Assembly: GCF_009914755.1 (NCBI RefSeq)
Contig: NC_060932.1
Strand: one strand, 5' to 3'
Source: the human T2T-CHM13v2.0 reference genome, Homo sapiens
DNA: 64,000 bases
The notes beneath the pieces were generated by a model. That model was not told the DNA's origin. It was given only the letters and a program-made list of their open reading frames with translations, and did no database searches. Both the position numbers and the translations under genes were made by a program. Positions within the stretch are counted from its first letter, which is position 1, and every line of letters starts with the position of its first letter. Below are positions 27,815 to 41,339 of this stretch, one piece after another.

Positions 27815-27943
27815 CTGAATACCCTATTTACACTGATGTGATTATTATGTATTGTATGCCTATGTCAAAATATCTTCTATTACCCCATAAATATGTATAC
27901 CTACTATGTACCCACAAAAAGTAAAAAAAAAATAAAAATAAAC
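27815..27943 (+). mobile_element. Short L1MA/PB 3'-end insertion nested in L1MA
   Basis: 'ctgatgtgattattatgtattgtatgcc...cctactatgtacccacaaaaa' plus A tail; degenerate TSD aatacttaaatg / aagactgaaatg. Confidence 0.8.
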
Positions 27944-29217
27944 AAGACTGAAATGCAAGACCTGAAATTATAAAACTACTAGGAGAAAATATATGAGAAA
28001 ATCTCTATCACAGGTGTCTGGGCAATGACTTTTTGGATATGAGCCCAAAAGCACAGGCAACAAAAGCAAAAGCAGACAAATAAGATTATATCAAAACTAA
28101 AAAGCTTCTGCACAGCAAAGGAAATAATCAACACAGTAAAAAGACAACCTGCAGAATTAAAGAGAATATTTGTAAGCCATATATCTGATAAAGAGTGAAT
28201 ATACAAAATATGTAAGAAACTCAAAAATTCAATAGCAAAAAAACCAAATAATTCAATTTAAAAATGGGTAGAGGACCTGAATGGACAGTTCTCAAAAAAA
28301 AAAAAAAAGACATACAAGTATCTGAAAAGGTGCTCAACATCACAAATCCTCAGGGAAATGAAAATTAAAACTACAGTGAGATGTCACATCATACCTGTTA
28401 GAATGACCATGTCAAAAAGACAAAAAATAACAAGTGTTGGTGAAGATGTGGAGAAAAGGGAACACTGGCACTCTTTTGGTGGGAGTGTAAATCATTACAG
28501 CCGTTTATAGAAAACAGTATGGAGGATCATCTAAAAGTAAACATAGGACTACTATATGACCTATCAATCCCACTACTGTGTTTATAGCCAAAGGAAATAA
28601 TATTAGTTTGTTGAGGAAACATCTGCACTCCCATGTTCATTGCAGCGCTCTTCAGAGTAGCCAAGATATGGAATCAGTTAAGCATCTATCAGTGGATGAA
28701 CGGATTTTTAAAATGTGGTATATACATAATGGAATACGATTCAGTCTTAAGAAATGAAGGAAATTCTGTCATTTGTGACAATATAGATGAACCTGAAGGA
28801 CATTGTGCTAAGTGAAATAAGCCAGGCACAGAAGAAAGACAAATACCACATGGTGTCACTTGTGTGGAATGTTAAAAAGACAAATTCACAGAAACAGAGA
28901 GTAAGGTGGTTTTACCAGGGCCTGGGGGACAAGGGGGATTGAGAAGATGTTGGTCAAAGGAGACACAATTTTAATTAGACAGGAAGACTAAGTTTAAGAG
29001 ATCTACTGTACAACATAGTGACTATAATTAATAAATGTATTGTGCACTTGAAAATTGCTGAAAGAGTAGATTTTAAGTGTTCTTACAAAAAAATGCTAAG
29101 CATGTGAAGTAATGCATATGTTAATTAGCTTGATTTAGCCATTCCACAAAGTATACATATTTCAAACAATCATGTTGTACAACATAAATGTGTATAATTT
29201 TATTTGTGAATTAAAAA

Positions 29218-29315
29218 GGTGGGCATAGTAAACCACCATGGCACATGTATACCTATGTAACAAAATTGCAGGTTCTGCACATGTACCCCAGAACCTAAAG
29301 TATAATAATAAAAAA
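29218..29315 (+). mobile_element. L1PA 3' tip inserted in the L1MA A-tail
   Basis: 'aaaccaccatggcacatgtatacctatgtaacaaa..tgca..ttctgcacatgtaccccagaacctaaagtataat'. Confidence 0.85.
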
Positions 29316-31824
29316 GTTAACAATTAAAATGATAGTATAGGGCTGACATGCTATAAATAATAATGGCCATGGCTATTAATATGTGTTGCTATTTAAATTA
29401 TTTTTAGATGTTGTTGAATATATATTATTCTTTTAATTCTGTTTTAAGTGCACTGGAAAATTAGAACTCATTCAAGAAATTCACTCCATGAGTCACTTAT
29501 GAAAGCTTTTGGTCTCAGATAATCAATTAGAATACACCTAACATTTATAGCCCTGAGACTCAGGCGCATCCTTCGAGTGAAAGGGCAGGGGAGTGACAAG
29601 CTTTCAAGGAAGGTTAGTAAAATATTTATAAATCTTGGCAGCAACTTGGACAGCAGTCTTGGCAACAAGTACCCAATATTAGGATGTTGCCCTGCCTTCC
29701 AGTGGGAGATGGGATTAGCTTTCAGGGGTCAATCCAATTACTTTCCTAGCCTTGCTTGAAAAAAAATGAAGGAGTTATTTCTACAGTTTCATCAAGACTA
29801 GCCTTCATCCATCAGATTATTTTAGTGGGCATATGGATGGAAAGCTGTAGTTGGAAATCTGAAGCCTCCTGGAAAATAAATACCAAAAGTTTCTTTGAGA
29901 ATGAATGAAACTGGGATCTGAAGCTTTCCCTATTAACTTTTGATTCTACAGAAGCAAGTGACTACCATTAACTGTGGAGAAGTATGAACCCTGAATGGAA
30001 CTCTCTTAGGTCTCAGAAGGGGTCAGATATTTATCTGTAAGGAGCATAGACAAATATAAGATTTTAGACTTTAGAGTGGTGCTCAATCCTGGGCAAAGTT
30101 CTTATTTGGTGTGTGTATGTGACAGAGAGACAGGCAGAGAGAAAAGGAGAGAGTAAGAAAGAGAAATGTTGAAAGGGGAGATGAAAGGAATGTCCTCTAA
30201 GTTCCAGCATTTCAGCTTGAAGAAAGACACAAATGTGGCTGCTCTTAGGCTCTGGAACAAGGACAAGCCCTGCATATAAGCCAGATTCTTAGAGTCAGGT
30301 AGATCTGAATTAACATCCTATTTCTTTTAGAATCCTACTTTTATTGCTTGCTAGCAGTGTGACCCAGAGGTAGTAACCTCTATTACTTACTTCATTATAC
30401 AAGAAATGAGGGTAGTAATAACTACTTGAAGAGCTACTTAGACTTAAATATGGTGCTGATGAGGATGCTGATGAGACAATACTCAAAGAGTGTTATGAAG
30501 AGAAGCTTCCAGCTGCTTTCTGACCTAGGAGGAAAATGAGCTTGGATCTTCAGCTGCTGCATAATATTCAATAAACACAGGCGTTAAACAAATATAATGT
30601 AAAACTATCTCCACAGTCCTAGGAGAGCATACAAATAAATAATTTGTGCTTAACAAAACATGTTCTTTCTTAATGCCATTTTAATATTATAAGACATTCC
30701 CCACAGTAGCTATAAGGCCTAGGGATTTAAAAACTCCTAGGAGAAAGGAGATTTGGAATTCTACAACCATTCCCTTTTAAGGGTCAACAAGATAAGAATT
30801 TCTCTGTTGCATTAGAATGGTCCGAATGTGGTCAATTAGAAAAAAAAAAAAAAAAAAGAACTCCATAGTCCCAGTTGAGGAGTTGGAACACAACAAGTAT
30901 GGGTGGCTCATACATGTTCAACATAAGGACATAGAGTTTCACATTACACAGAATCGACTAGAAGCTCATCTGGACCATAGCTTGGCACTACACTTTGAGA
31001 GTCCTTACTAAGCATGCAAGTGACGACAGTCACTCCACTGTGGGAATCAGAAGAAAGGGGATGAGCCCAGGCATCAATAAAGCAACAGCCCAGATGAAGC
31101 AAGACCCATGAGACTACAATGAAAGCCACAGTTAGCGGACATATAAGACTTCATTTATTCTCTTGCCTTTTCCTCGTAGCAGACTGGACATTTGGGGGCT
31201 GAACTACCTCCCAGAGTGATTGGAAAATTCAGGGTGTGGAGGATGCTCAATTAGTATCAGATACTGGATTTTCTGCTAACAAAGCCAAGTGGAGGTTCAA
31301 GTGCCTATTAGGAAAAGTAGCATTAATATTCATACTTCTAGTAATAAGATGGCTCAACTGGGTGCATATAGATATTGTGCATAAAGTACCTGGCCCTTGT
31401 ATGTGTGAGATACATTGTAGACATTATTACTAGTACTACTAGTAGTATAGTAGTAGTAGTAATTGTGGGTATCCTTGAAAATGACTTGATTATTTATCTC
31501 AGTCTTAGAATTAAGGAAGAAGTGAAGCTGAGAGACTTAACTGACGGGGATGCCATCATTTCTTACAGTTAATAGTTGAAAGTCAAGTTCCCCAAGGATA
31601 CTACAATTCCTTTTCTGTACTGTCAATCAGTGGCAAACATTAGAAGTAGTGAATAAGGTTAGATTTGTAGAGAACAGAAAACGCTAGCTTTGGGTTAAAT
31701 TTGTTGGGTCCTGACTACCAACACAGGGTGTTGGTGATGAGGGTGGATAGTGTTTTCTTTCATGTGGAATTAATCTTACCATTTTCTTAGTGCAGTATTA
31801 TTCAGCTATAGTACAACAAGAAAT

Positions 31825-32075
31825 AATAATAAATGTAGCTAATATTTGACTGTCAACCAGAAGCTAAGCACCATACTAAATGTTTTAAATGGATTTTTTT
31901 CACTTAAATAATTACAACAATTTCATAAGATAGTCAATATTATTTGCTCTGTTTCAGGTGAGGGAATTGCAGACTAGAGAGATTTATAGACATGCCCCAT
32001 GTTAGGCAGATAGCAAGTAGTCAAGCCAGGATTTGGGCCCAGAGTACCTGACTCATTGCTGAAGCTCTTAACCAA
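31825..32075 (-). mobile_element. MIR SINE
   Basis: 'attatttgctctgtttcaggtgagggaattgcagactagagagattta...agccaggatttgggcccag'. Confidence 0.6.
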
Positions 32076-33968
32076 TACAAAGTGGATTCCCCTACGTTGA
32101 TAGTATAGTGGATTTGTTGTTAAAAGCCCTAGGTTTGAATTTTAACCAGGAGCTCTTGGAATAAGTGAGCTTAAATTTTCTAAGCCTCAGTTTTATATTT
32201 TATGCCTAGAAATAAGAAATAGCATATAAACATGCATTTAACCTATCTGAACGTAAACTTTCTTGGCTATAAAATTGATAATAACACCTCCTTTTCTTCT
32301 CCTTCTTTTCCTCCCTTCCTTCTTGAAACATTTGTTATTGCCAAGGTTGAGTCCCTCACCTTAAAAATCTCACAGTTAATGCGGTAAAAAGGCTTATGTT
32401 ACACATGTGATAACAGATGGGACATACAGTGACAAAAAAGAGTGGCCAATTGTCTCTGGGTTGGAAAGGGAGGAGGAGGTAGTCAAAAGCAACACGCACA
32501 ATCAGTAGAATATCTAAACACTAGCAATAAACTATCTGAAAAAGAAATCAAGAGAACAATCCCATTCACAATAGCAATAAAAAATACTTAGGAATATATT
32601 TAACCAAGGAGGTAAAAGACTTGTATACTGAAAATTGTAAAGGGTTGATGAAAGAAGTTGAAGAAGATACAAATAAGCAAAAACATATCTCACATTCACG
32701 GACTGGAAGGAATAATATTGTTAAAATATCCATGCTACCCAAAGCAGTTCACAAATTCCATGTAATCCCTGTCAAAATTCCAATATCATTTTTCATAGAA
32801 ATGTAAAAAGAAATTTTAAAATCCATATGTAACCACCAAAAACCCAAATAAGTAAAAAAATCATGGGCAAAAAGAACAAAGCTGCAGGTATCACACTACC
32901 TGTTTTCAAACTTTAATACGAGGTTACGGTAATTAAAACAGCATGGTATGGCAAAAAATTAGATACATCAATCAATCAATGGAACAGAATAGAGAGCCCA
33001 GAAATAAATATGGGTTTATTCATGGTACATATGGTCTATCAACTTTCAACAAAGGTGTCAAGAATACTTAATGGGAAAAGGATAGTCTCTTCAGTAAATG
33101 CTGTTGGGAAAACTGAATTTCCATGTGCTAAAGAATGAAATTGTATTCTTATCTCACAACATATAGAAAAATCAACTCAAAATAAATTAAAAACTTAAAT
33201 GTAAGTACTAGGAAATTTAAAACTTCAAGAAGAAAACATAGGGGATAAACTACATAACATTAGTCTGGGCAATGCTTTTCCTTTGGATTTGACCCCAAAA
33301 GGGCAAGCAACAAAAGCAAACATAGACAAATGAGATTACATCAAACTCAAAATCTTCTACATAGCAAAGGAAATAACAGTGTGCAAAGACAACCTACAGA
33401 CTGAGAGAAAATATTTGTAAGCCATACATCCAATAAGGGGTTAATATCCAAAATATATAAGGAACACAAACAACTCAATAGCAAGGAAACAAAACACCCA
33501 ATTGCAAAGTGGTCAAGGGATCTGAACAGACATTTCTCAGAAGAAGACATACAAATGGCAAACAGATGTATGGAAAAAAATGCTTAACATTGGTAGTAAT
33601 TAGGAAAACATAATTAAAACAATGAGATGGCATCTTATAGCTGTCAGAATGGCTAAAATCAAAAAGATGAAAGATAAGTGTTGGCAAGGATGTGAAGAAA
33701 AGGGAACCCTTACACACTGCAAACAGTAAAGTCAATTAGTACAGTTATTAGGGAAAACTCTATGGAGGTTCTTCAGAAAACTAAAAATAGGATTAGCATA
33801 TGATCCAGCAATCTTACTTATGTGTATTTATCCAAGAGATTTGAAATCAGTTTGTTTTAGAGATGGCTGCACCCCATATTCACTGAAATACTATTTATTA
33901 AGAAATCAACCTAAGTACTATTTATTAAGAAATCAACATTAATCAACCTAATCAAATATTTTTTCTCA

Positions 33969-34508
<540 letters not shown>

Positions 34509-36076
34509 TTATTATTTCTGATGACATGGATGAGTTGAAGAGCATTCTTTTAAGTGAAATAAGGCAAGGACAAAAAGACAAATACCACGTGATGTAAGTG
34601 TGAAATATAAAATAATCAAACTCAGAAGCAGAGAGTAGAATGCTGATTACAGAGAGGATGTGGGGTGGGGAGAATGGGAAGGTGCTAGTCAAAAGTTATA
34701 AAATATCTGTCAGACAGTAGAAATACGGTTTTTTTAAGATCTATAGCACATTATAGTAAATATAGTTAACAATAGATTATAATTCATTTCAAAAGTGCTA
34801 AAAGAGTAAATTTCAAATATTCTTACCACAAAAAATGTTAAGTATTTGACATGATGGATATGTTAACTAGCTTGATTTAAGTATTCCATATTATATTCAT
34901 AAATCATAACATCATTTTGTACAATATAAGCATATGCAATTATAAATTATCAATTAAAAATATATTTTAATGTTAAAGAAGAAAGGGAGATTCAGACCCA
35001 TTGACTTTTGATCCCAGGTTTTCTAGCTTTGAATTTCACACTCACTGTTCTGATTTTAATAAATTTTCCAGCTCTATCCTAATATGGTGACCATAGGCAT
35101 TCACCCTAATTTACTCAATGAGTATATTCATAATAAAAATAATATCAATAACAATTATTTACTTGATGAAAAATTATATTTGGTTGGTAGGATGTAAACA
35201 GAAAGAAGATGCATACTTTCTTACTTCAACTCCTATAAAACCACTTTGTTGAATTGTTTGCTCCTGCCCCTGGATAAACTATGGGTCAATCTAATAGCAT
35301 AGATTTCCAGTTATGTTATTTACTGTCCCTCAGAACTCTAAGCTTCAAGATAAAGTTTACATTTCCTGTTTTGGATAATTCTTAAAGAATTACTGGGAAA
35401 AAAAATACATGGGATGATGAGCTATGTTTCTTGGATAGAATTGTCATTCTGACTGTTCAGCCAAAGACACTGCCATACTTATATCTTGTAAGTAATAGGT
35501 ATAGTGGACATGCCAGAGGAAATAAGAGTTGTTATTTCCAACCAATAAGGTTTTCAATGGCCCACCAGCTCTTCCACTCTAGTGAGCTAAGCTGGAATAT
35601 TTAGTACCATACCCAGAGGCTTCTTTTGTACTTACCTCTCAAAAAGCCTCCCCTTTCATGCTTTCCTTCCCCTGGCTCTTCCCTAGCCCTACCTTTTCTA
35701 ACAGGGCATCTTCATAGGTTATGTTACCATAGCTGACATATGGGGAAAGAGAGAGAGAGACTAAATGTGTTTCATAAGAAAAGCAACATTGGTTCCCTTC
35801 CTCTTTCTCATGGAAACTTTCAACTCCAGCTATGGTGGGCTCCAATTATGATGCCCAAAGGGTCTCAATATGTACCCTGACTCTGATGGCTCTGATGTGG
35901 TCTCAAGAACTCTGGTTTCCTGGTCCTATCCTGTTGGACAATAATGTTTGAAGGTAGAGTTCTTGGGTTCTCCCCAGAAATTTATACACAATTACCCATA
36001 TGTGGAAACCCTTGAGTAGTGGTATAGAACTCAATCTATGGGCCAGATGGTAGCCACATCACACTGGACTTTTAAC

Positions 36077-37487
36077 AAAAGTTTGGAACTTCCTAGAGAC
36101 CTGTTGAATGGCTTTGACCAAAATGCTGATAATGATATGGACAATGAAATCCAGGCTGAGGTGGTCTCAAATGGAGATAAGGAACTTGTTGGGAATTGTA
36201 GTGAAGGTGACTCTTACTATGTTTTAGCAAAGAGACTGGCAGCATTTTGTCCCTGCCATGGAGATTTGTGGAACTTTGAACTTGAGAGAGATTATTTAGG
36301 GTATCTAGCAGAAGAAATTTAGAAGCAGCAAAGCATTCAAGAAGTGACTTGGGTGCTGTTAAAGGCATTAGTTTTATAAGGGAAGCAAAGCATAAAAGTT
36401 CAGAAAATTTGTAGCCTGACAATGCATTCGAAAAAAAAAAATTCCATTTTCTGAGGAGAAATTCAAGCCAGCTGCAGAAATTTGTATAAGAGGAAGTGAA
36501 TGTTAATCCCTAAGACCATGGGGAAAATGTCTCCAGGGCATGTCAGAGGTCTTCATGGCAGCCCCTCCCATCACAGGCCTAGGGCGTAGGAGGAAAAATT
36601 GGTTTCCTGGGCTGGGCCCAGGGTCCCCCTACTGTGTGCAGCCTAGGGACTTGCTTCCCTGAGTCCCAGCCACTCCAGCTGTGACTAAAAGGCGATAAGG
36701 TACAGCTCAGGCCATCACTTCAGAGGGTGCAAACCCCAAGCCTTGGCAACTTCCACGTGGTGTTGAACCTGTGGGTGCATGGAAGTCAAAAATTGAGGTT
36801 TGGGAACTTCCACTTAAATTACAGAGGATGTATGGAAATTCCTGGATGTCCAGGCAGAGGTTTGCTGCAGGGCCAGGACACTCATGGAGAACCTCTGCTA
36901 GGGTAGTGTGGAAGGGAAATGTGGAATGGGTGCCTCCACACAGATTCCCCACTGGGGCAATGCCTAGTGAAGCTGTGAGAAGTGGAAATGATAGATCCAG
37001 TGACAGCTTGTACCATGCCCCTGAAAAAGCCACAGACACTCAATGTTAGCCTGTGAAAGCAGCCAGGAGAGGGCCTGTACCCTGCAAAGCCCCCCATCAC
37101 TGTGGGAACCCACTTCTTGTGTCACTGTGACTTGGATGTGAGACATGGAGTCAAAGGAGATCATTTTGGATTTTTAAGATTTGACTGCCCTGCTGGATTT
37201 CAGACTTGCATGGGGCCTTTAGCCCCTTTGTTTTGGCCGATTTCTCCCTTTTAGAATGGGTGTATTTATCCAATGCCTGTACCCTCATTGTATCCAGGTA
37301 GTAACTAACTTGCTTTTGATTTTATAGGCTCATAGGTGGAAAGGACTTGCCTTGTCTCACATGAGACTTTGGACTGTGGACTTTTGAGTTAATGCTGAAA
37401 TGAGTTAAGACTTTGGGGGACAGTTGGGAAGGCGTGATCGGTTTTGAAATGTGAGAACATGAAATTTGGGAGGGGCCAGGGGCAGAA
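36077..37487 (+). mobile_element. THE1 internal region (THE1-int), 5' end missing
   Basis: 'aagtttggaacttcctagagac..ttgaatggctttgaccaaaatgctgataatgatatggac'; polypurine tract tttgggaggggccaggggcagaa directly before the LTR. Confidence 0.92.
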
Positions 37488-37843
37488 TGGTATGATTTGG
37501 CTTTGTCCGTACCCAAATCTCATCTTGAATTGTAACTCCCACAATTCCCACGTGTTGTGGGAGAGACCCAGTGGGAGGTAATCGAATCATGGGAGCAAGC
37601 CTTTTGAGTGCTATTCTCATGATAGTAAATAAGTCTCATGAGATCTGATGGTTTTATAAAGGGGAGTTTGCCTGCACAAACTCTCTTTTCTTCCCTGCCA
37701 TTACATAAGATGTGACTTACTCCTCCTTGCCTTGTGAGGCCTCCCCAGCCACGTGGAATTGTGAGTCCATTAAACTTCTTTTTCTTTATAAATTACCCAG
37801 TCTCAATATGTCTTTATTAGCAGCATGAAAATAGACTAATACA
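37488..37843 (+). mobile_element. THE1B 3' LTR
   Basis: tggtatgatttggct...gactaataca directly after the PPT. Confidence 0.92.
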
Positions 37844-38380
37844 GAGGCAAAATATTACATGCTACTTCTTTGTTGGGAAGTACAGCCCCAGAGCAGGACG
37901 AGTAAAGCAAACATAAAATGAGGCAAGCAAGGAGGAGAAGCAAAGTATAATGATAAATTGCCATGCTTACCATTGTTCCATGACAAGTCTCAGAGAGACC
38001 CAGCCCGTCATTCCTCAGGCAGCCCTCCTTGGCCACACAGTGTGCCTCCTATATGGCAGAAATTCATGTTTGGCATAGTCCAATGAAAAGGAAGAAAGAT
38101 ATGTTTATCTTCTAGGTTCTTTTCATATTCTTTCTCTTTTCAGTCAAAGTATGCTCACAGGTACAAAACTCTCCAGAACTGCCTGCCCTCTCTGAAAGCT
38201 GCTGTTTCATAGCACAGTGTTTCATATAAGTCTTGGACTATGGTGAGGGAGCAGAGTGTGTCTAGTCTTGAGCATTAGGGGGAAATATACAGAGTCGGTT
38301 GCCAAGTTGTCATCTAAGGCTGAGCAAGACACTAAGGTTTGGGGGCACAGATGAAGCTAAAGAAATCTAAAAAGGGTGTT
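37844..38380 (-). mobile_element. Probable old ERVL LTR (LTR16/33-like) fragment
   Basis: Weak resemblance: 'catgctacttctttgttgggaagtacagcccca', 'tcagtcaaagtatgctcacaggtacaaaactc'. Confidence 0.3.
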
Positions 38381-40174
38381 TTCAAATTAAAGGATGAATA
38401 GAAGCCTAGGATATTGGAAAAAGAGAATGAATGGGATGTTTCAATCAATAAAAAGAATAATTAAAATGATAATAATAATTGTTGGAATTTGTTGTTGTGT
38501 AGGGCACATTTGGGAATGGTAACCAGTCCAGAATGTCTAGAGATAAAGTCACATTAGAGATAGGTGAAACACAGCTAGCATCAGACAATGAAGGGATCTG
38601 AATGACATGTTAAGAACCTGGAAGCAAAGACTATACCAGGTATACCAATCCAGCAGTATCATAATAATGGAAGCTAACCCTTGTAAAGATCTCATCATGT
38701 TCCAGAGAGAGGGAGAGCCAGAATTTGGATACACATTGAATGACTCTAAAAGGCATAACCTTTCTTCCTGTGCTAAATGTATGTAGTGTATTGAAACTTG
38801 GCAAACTCAGGCTAATGGCAGGGTCAGATGAGGAGGCCCTTTCAGAGCCATTTTTCAATGTTGAATCTATTTACCCAGATGTCAGTGTTTTCTCCAGTAA
38901 CTGTTGGGGAAAATGTTGCAGTAAAAGCTTGCCACCTGTTAATTACTGCACAAAAACAGCAGGGTCTAAAGTCATTATTGTGTGTCCCTGATAATTACAG
39001 CCACACAATGGTGAGGCGTCCTCTTGGATCCTTTTGCACGCAAATGTGCAGGCCTAAATGCCAAGTAGGTAATGACGATTTACAAGAATAATAATAAATG
39101 CCAGTGGGGGCATAGGTAATTAAGAGATGTAGGCTGCAGACAATGTACTCTGAGCAAGTCTGGAAACAGACCAGGAGAAATGGGGGAAGCTTCCATCTAA
39201 TCTGAATTGCATCTGAAAAGACTGACCAGCATGTCCATTAAGTACAATTTTCTTAATGCATAAAGAGGGAAGCAGATGTTAAGATCAGAGTGGATAAATT
39301 AGCAAATACCATTCCCAGTATGGGAAACAGGCTTACTGTTCATCTTTGGTTGAATGTGCAGACATGAAATGAGCATGACTTGGAACAAGAAATAGAGATG
39401 AATGTAACGCCATAAACTAACAGCTGATGGAAATAATGAGGATGGCTACAGACATCTGCACTGCTGGAATGAAAACTAAAAATCAAAATTAAAAAAACAT
39501 TTCCAAATTTCATTTAGAATTTGGCATGTTAGTGATCCAGTAAGACAATGAGCCGTTCAGAGTTTCAGAATGTCCAGACCCAGCCTGATTGCTGCCAATA
39601 CTTTGGCTTATACATTTTAAAATCAAACCTATTAGATCACACCAGACTTCATTTTGCCTTTTGGTAGATATGCCCAAAATTTGCAACCTTAAATTCATTA
39701 TAAGAAACCGGTGGGAAAAACCCTAAGTGTACTTCTTAAATTAATAATTTTAAATGAATTTTTTAGTCATTTAAAAAGGAAACATTGTTATGCACTTACT
39801 ATAATCTAGTTCTTAAGGCCAAACTTTTGCACATAGCTTTTCATGTAATCTTTTGCACAGCACTTTAAATCATATATCATTATTTCCACAGTGTAAGTCA
39901 GAAAACAGAGGCTCATGGAGGATAAATGAAAACAAGCAAACAAACAAAAAAATTCCTTAGTAATGGTTGAGATTCAAATGTACGTCTTTACATCCTTTAA
40001 ACTTATTTTCTTTCTACCACATTATATTCCCTTCCTAAGTTCCTCTCCCAGGCAGGTAAGTACTGATAAGTTTGAAAAACATCTGGTATCAGGCATTCAA
40101 ACCTCGCTGGATCATTCTTCACTCGACAATGTCTTTCTGCCTAAACAATGCTTTTACCAACTGCTATGCTTCAA

Positions 40175-40565
40175 TTGTTTATTTTGTTCTTAATTAACAA
40201 TTTTAGATTTACAAAACTATTTTGAAGACAGTTCAAAGGGTCCCCATATACTACAGATTCAGTTACCCCTGTTATTTATATCTTTGATTATTATAGTACA
40301 TTTGGCCTGATTAATGAGCTAATATTGATACATAATTGTTACCAAAGTCCATACTTTACACTTCCTCAGTTTTTCCATTATTAAGTTTTAGGTCCTTTCT
40401 TAAGGTCTACAGTACCATCTAGGTTACCATTAACATTTAGCAGTCAACTCTCCTTAGACTCATCTTTGTTGTAATAGTTTATCAGATTTTTCTTGGTTTT
40501 GGTGACCGTGACAGTTTTGATGATTACTGGTCATGTATTTTATAGAATGCTCCTCAGTGGGGATT
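40175..40565 (-). mobile_element. L1MC/MD-like 3' end
   Basis: 'ttttagatttacaaaac...aatgagctaatattgatacataattgttaccaaagtccatacttt...tgacagttttgatgattactggtca'. Confidence 0.75.
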
Positions 40566-41275
40566 TTTGTTGTTGTTGTATAATTTACATGACATAAAAT
40601 TCAACCTTTAAAAGTATATAATTCACTGATTTTCAGGATATCCACAATATTTTACAACCACAAGCATTATCTAATTACAGAACATTTTCATTATTGCAAA
40701 AAGAAACCCTGTACCAATTAGTAACCACTCCCCATTTCCTCCTTCTCACAGCCCTTGGCAACCACTAAACTACTTTCTGTCTCTATGGATTTGACTATTC
40801 TGGACATTTAATATAAATAGAATCATACAGTATGTGGACTTCTGTGTCTAACTTCTGTCACTTGGCATAACATTTTAAAGGTTCACTATGTTATAGCCTA
40901 TATTTTATTTCTTTCTGTAACTGAATATCTCATTGTATGAATATATCACATTTTGCTTGTACAGTCTTGCTGATAGACATTTGGGTTGTTTGCACTTTTT
41001 AGCTATGATAAATATGCTGCTAGAACATTCATATACAAGTTTTTATATGTAAACATGCTTTTATTTACATTGAGTATATTTCTAGGAGTAGGTTTATTTG
41101 GTTATATGCTAACTCTATGTTTAAATTTTCTATGACCTGCTAAATTGTCAAGTGGCTCCTCCATTTTATATTCACAACAACACTATATGAGAGTTTCAAC
41201 TTCTTCACATCATCTTCAACACTTGGTACTATCTGCTTTTTAAGTATAGGTTCTTAGTATGAAGCGGTATCTCTT
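40566..41275 (-). mobile_element. L1MB-like 3' end
   Basis: 'tataatttacatgacataaaattcaacc...agcccttggcaaccactaa.ctactttctgtctctatggatttg'. Confidence 0.8.
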
Positions 41276-41339
41276 TATACACTTTTCAAAAATTATGTAT
41301 CTGTTTTGATTGACAAAACTTTTATATATTCATCATGCA

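Larger units (their letters stand above)
27280..29329 (+). mobile_element. L1MA (MA4-6-like) insertion with 5' inversion (27280-27638 antisense, 27638-29217 sense)
   Basis: ORF 27362..27640(-) resembles L1 ORF2 ([18 protein letters not shown]); sense part ends in an L1MA 3' UTR; TSD core tgatagtata at 27270-27279 and 29330-29339. Confidence 0.88.

Noticed and set aside
36038-37164. Several 66-110 aa ORFs
   Set aside because: Fragments of the decayed THE1 internal region
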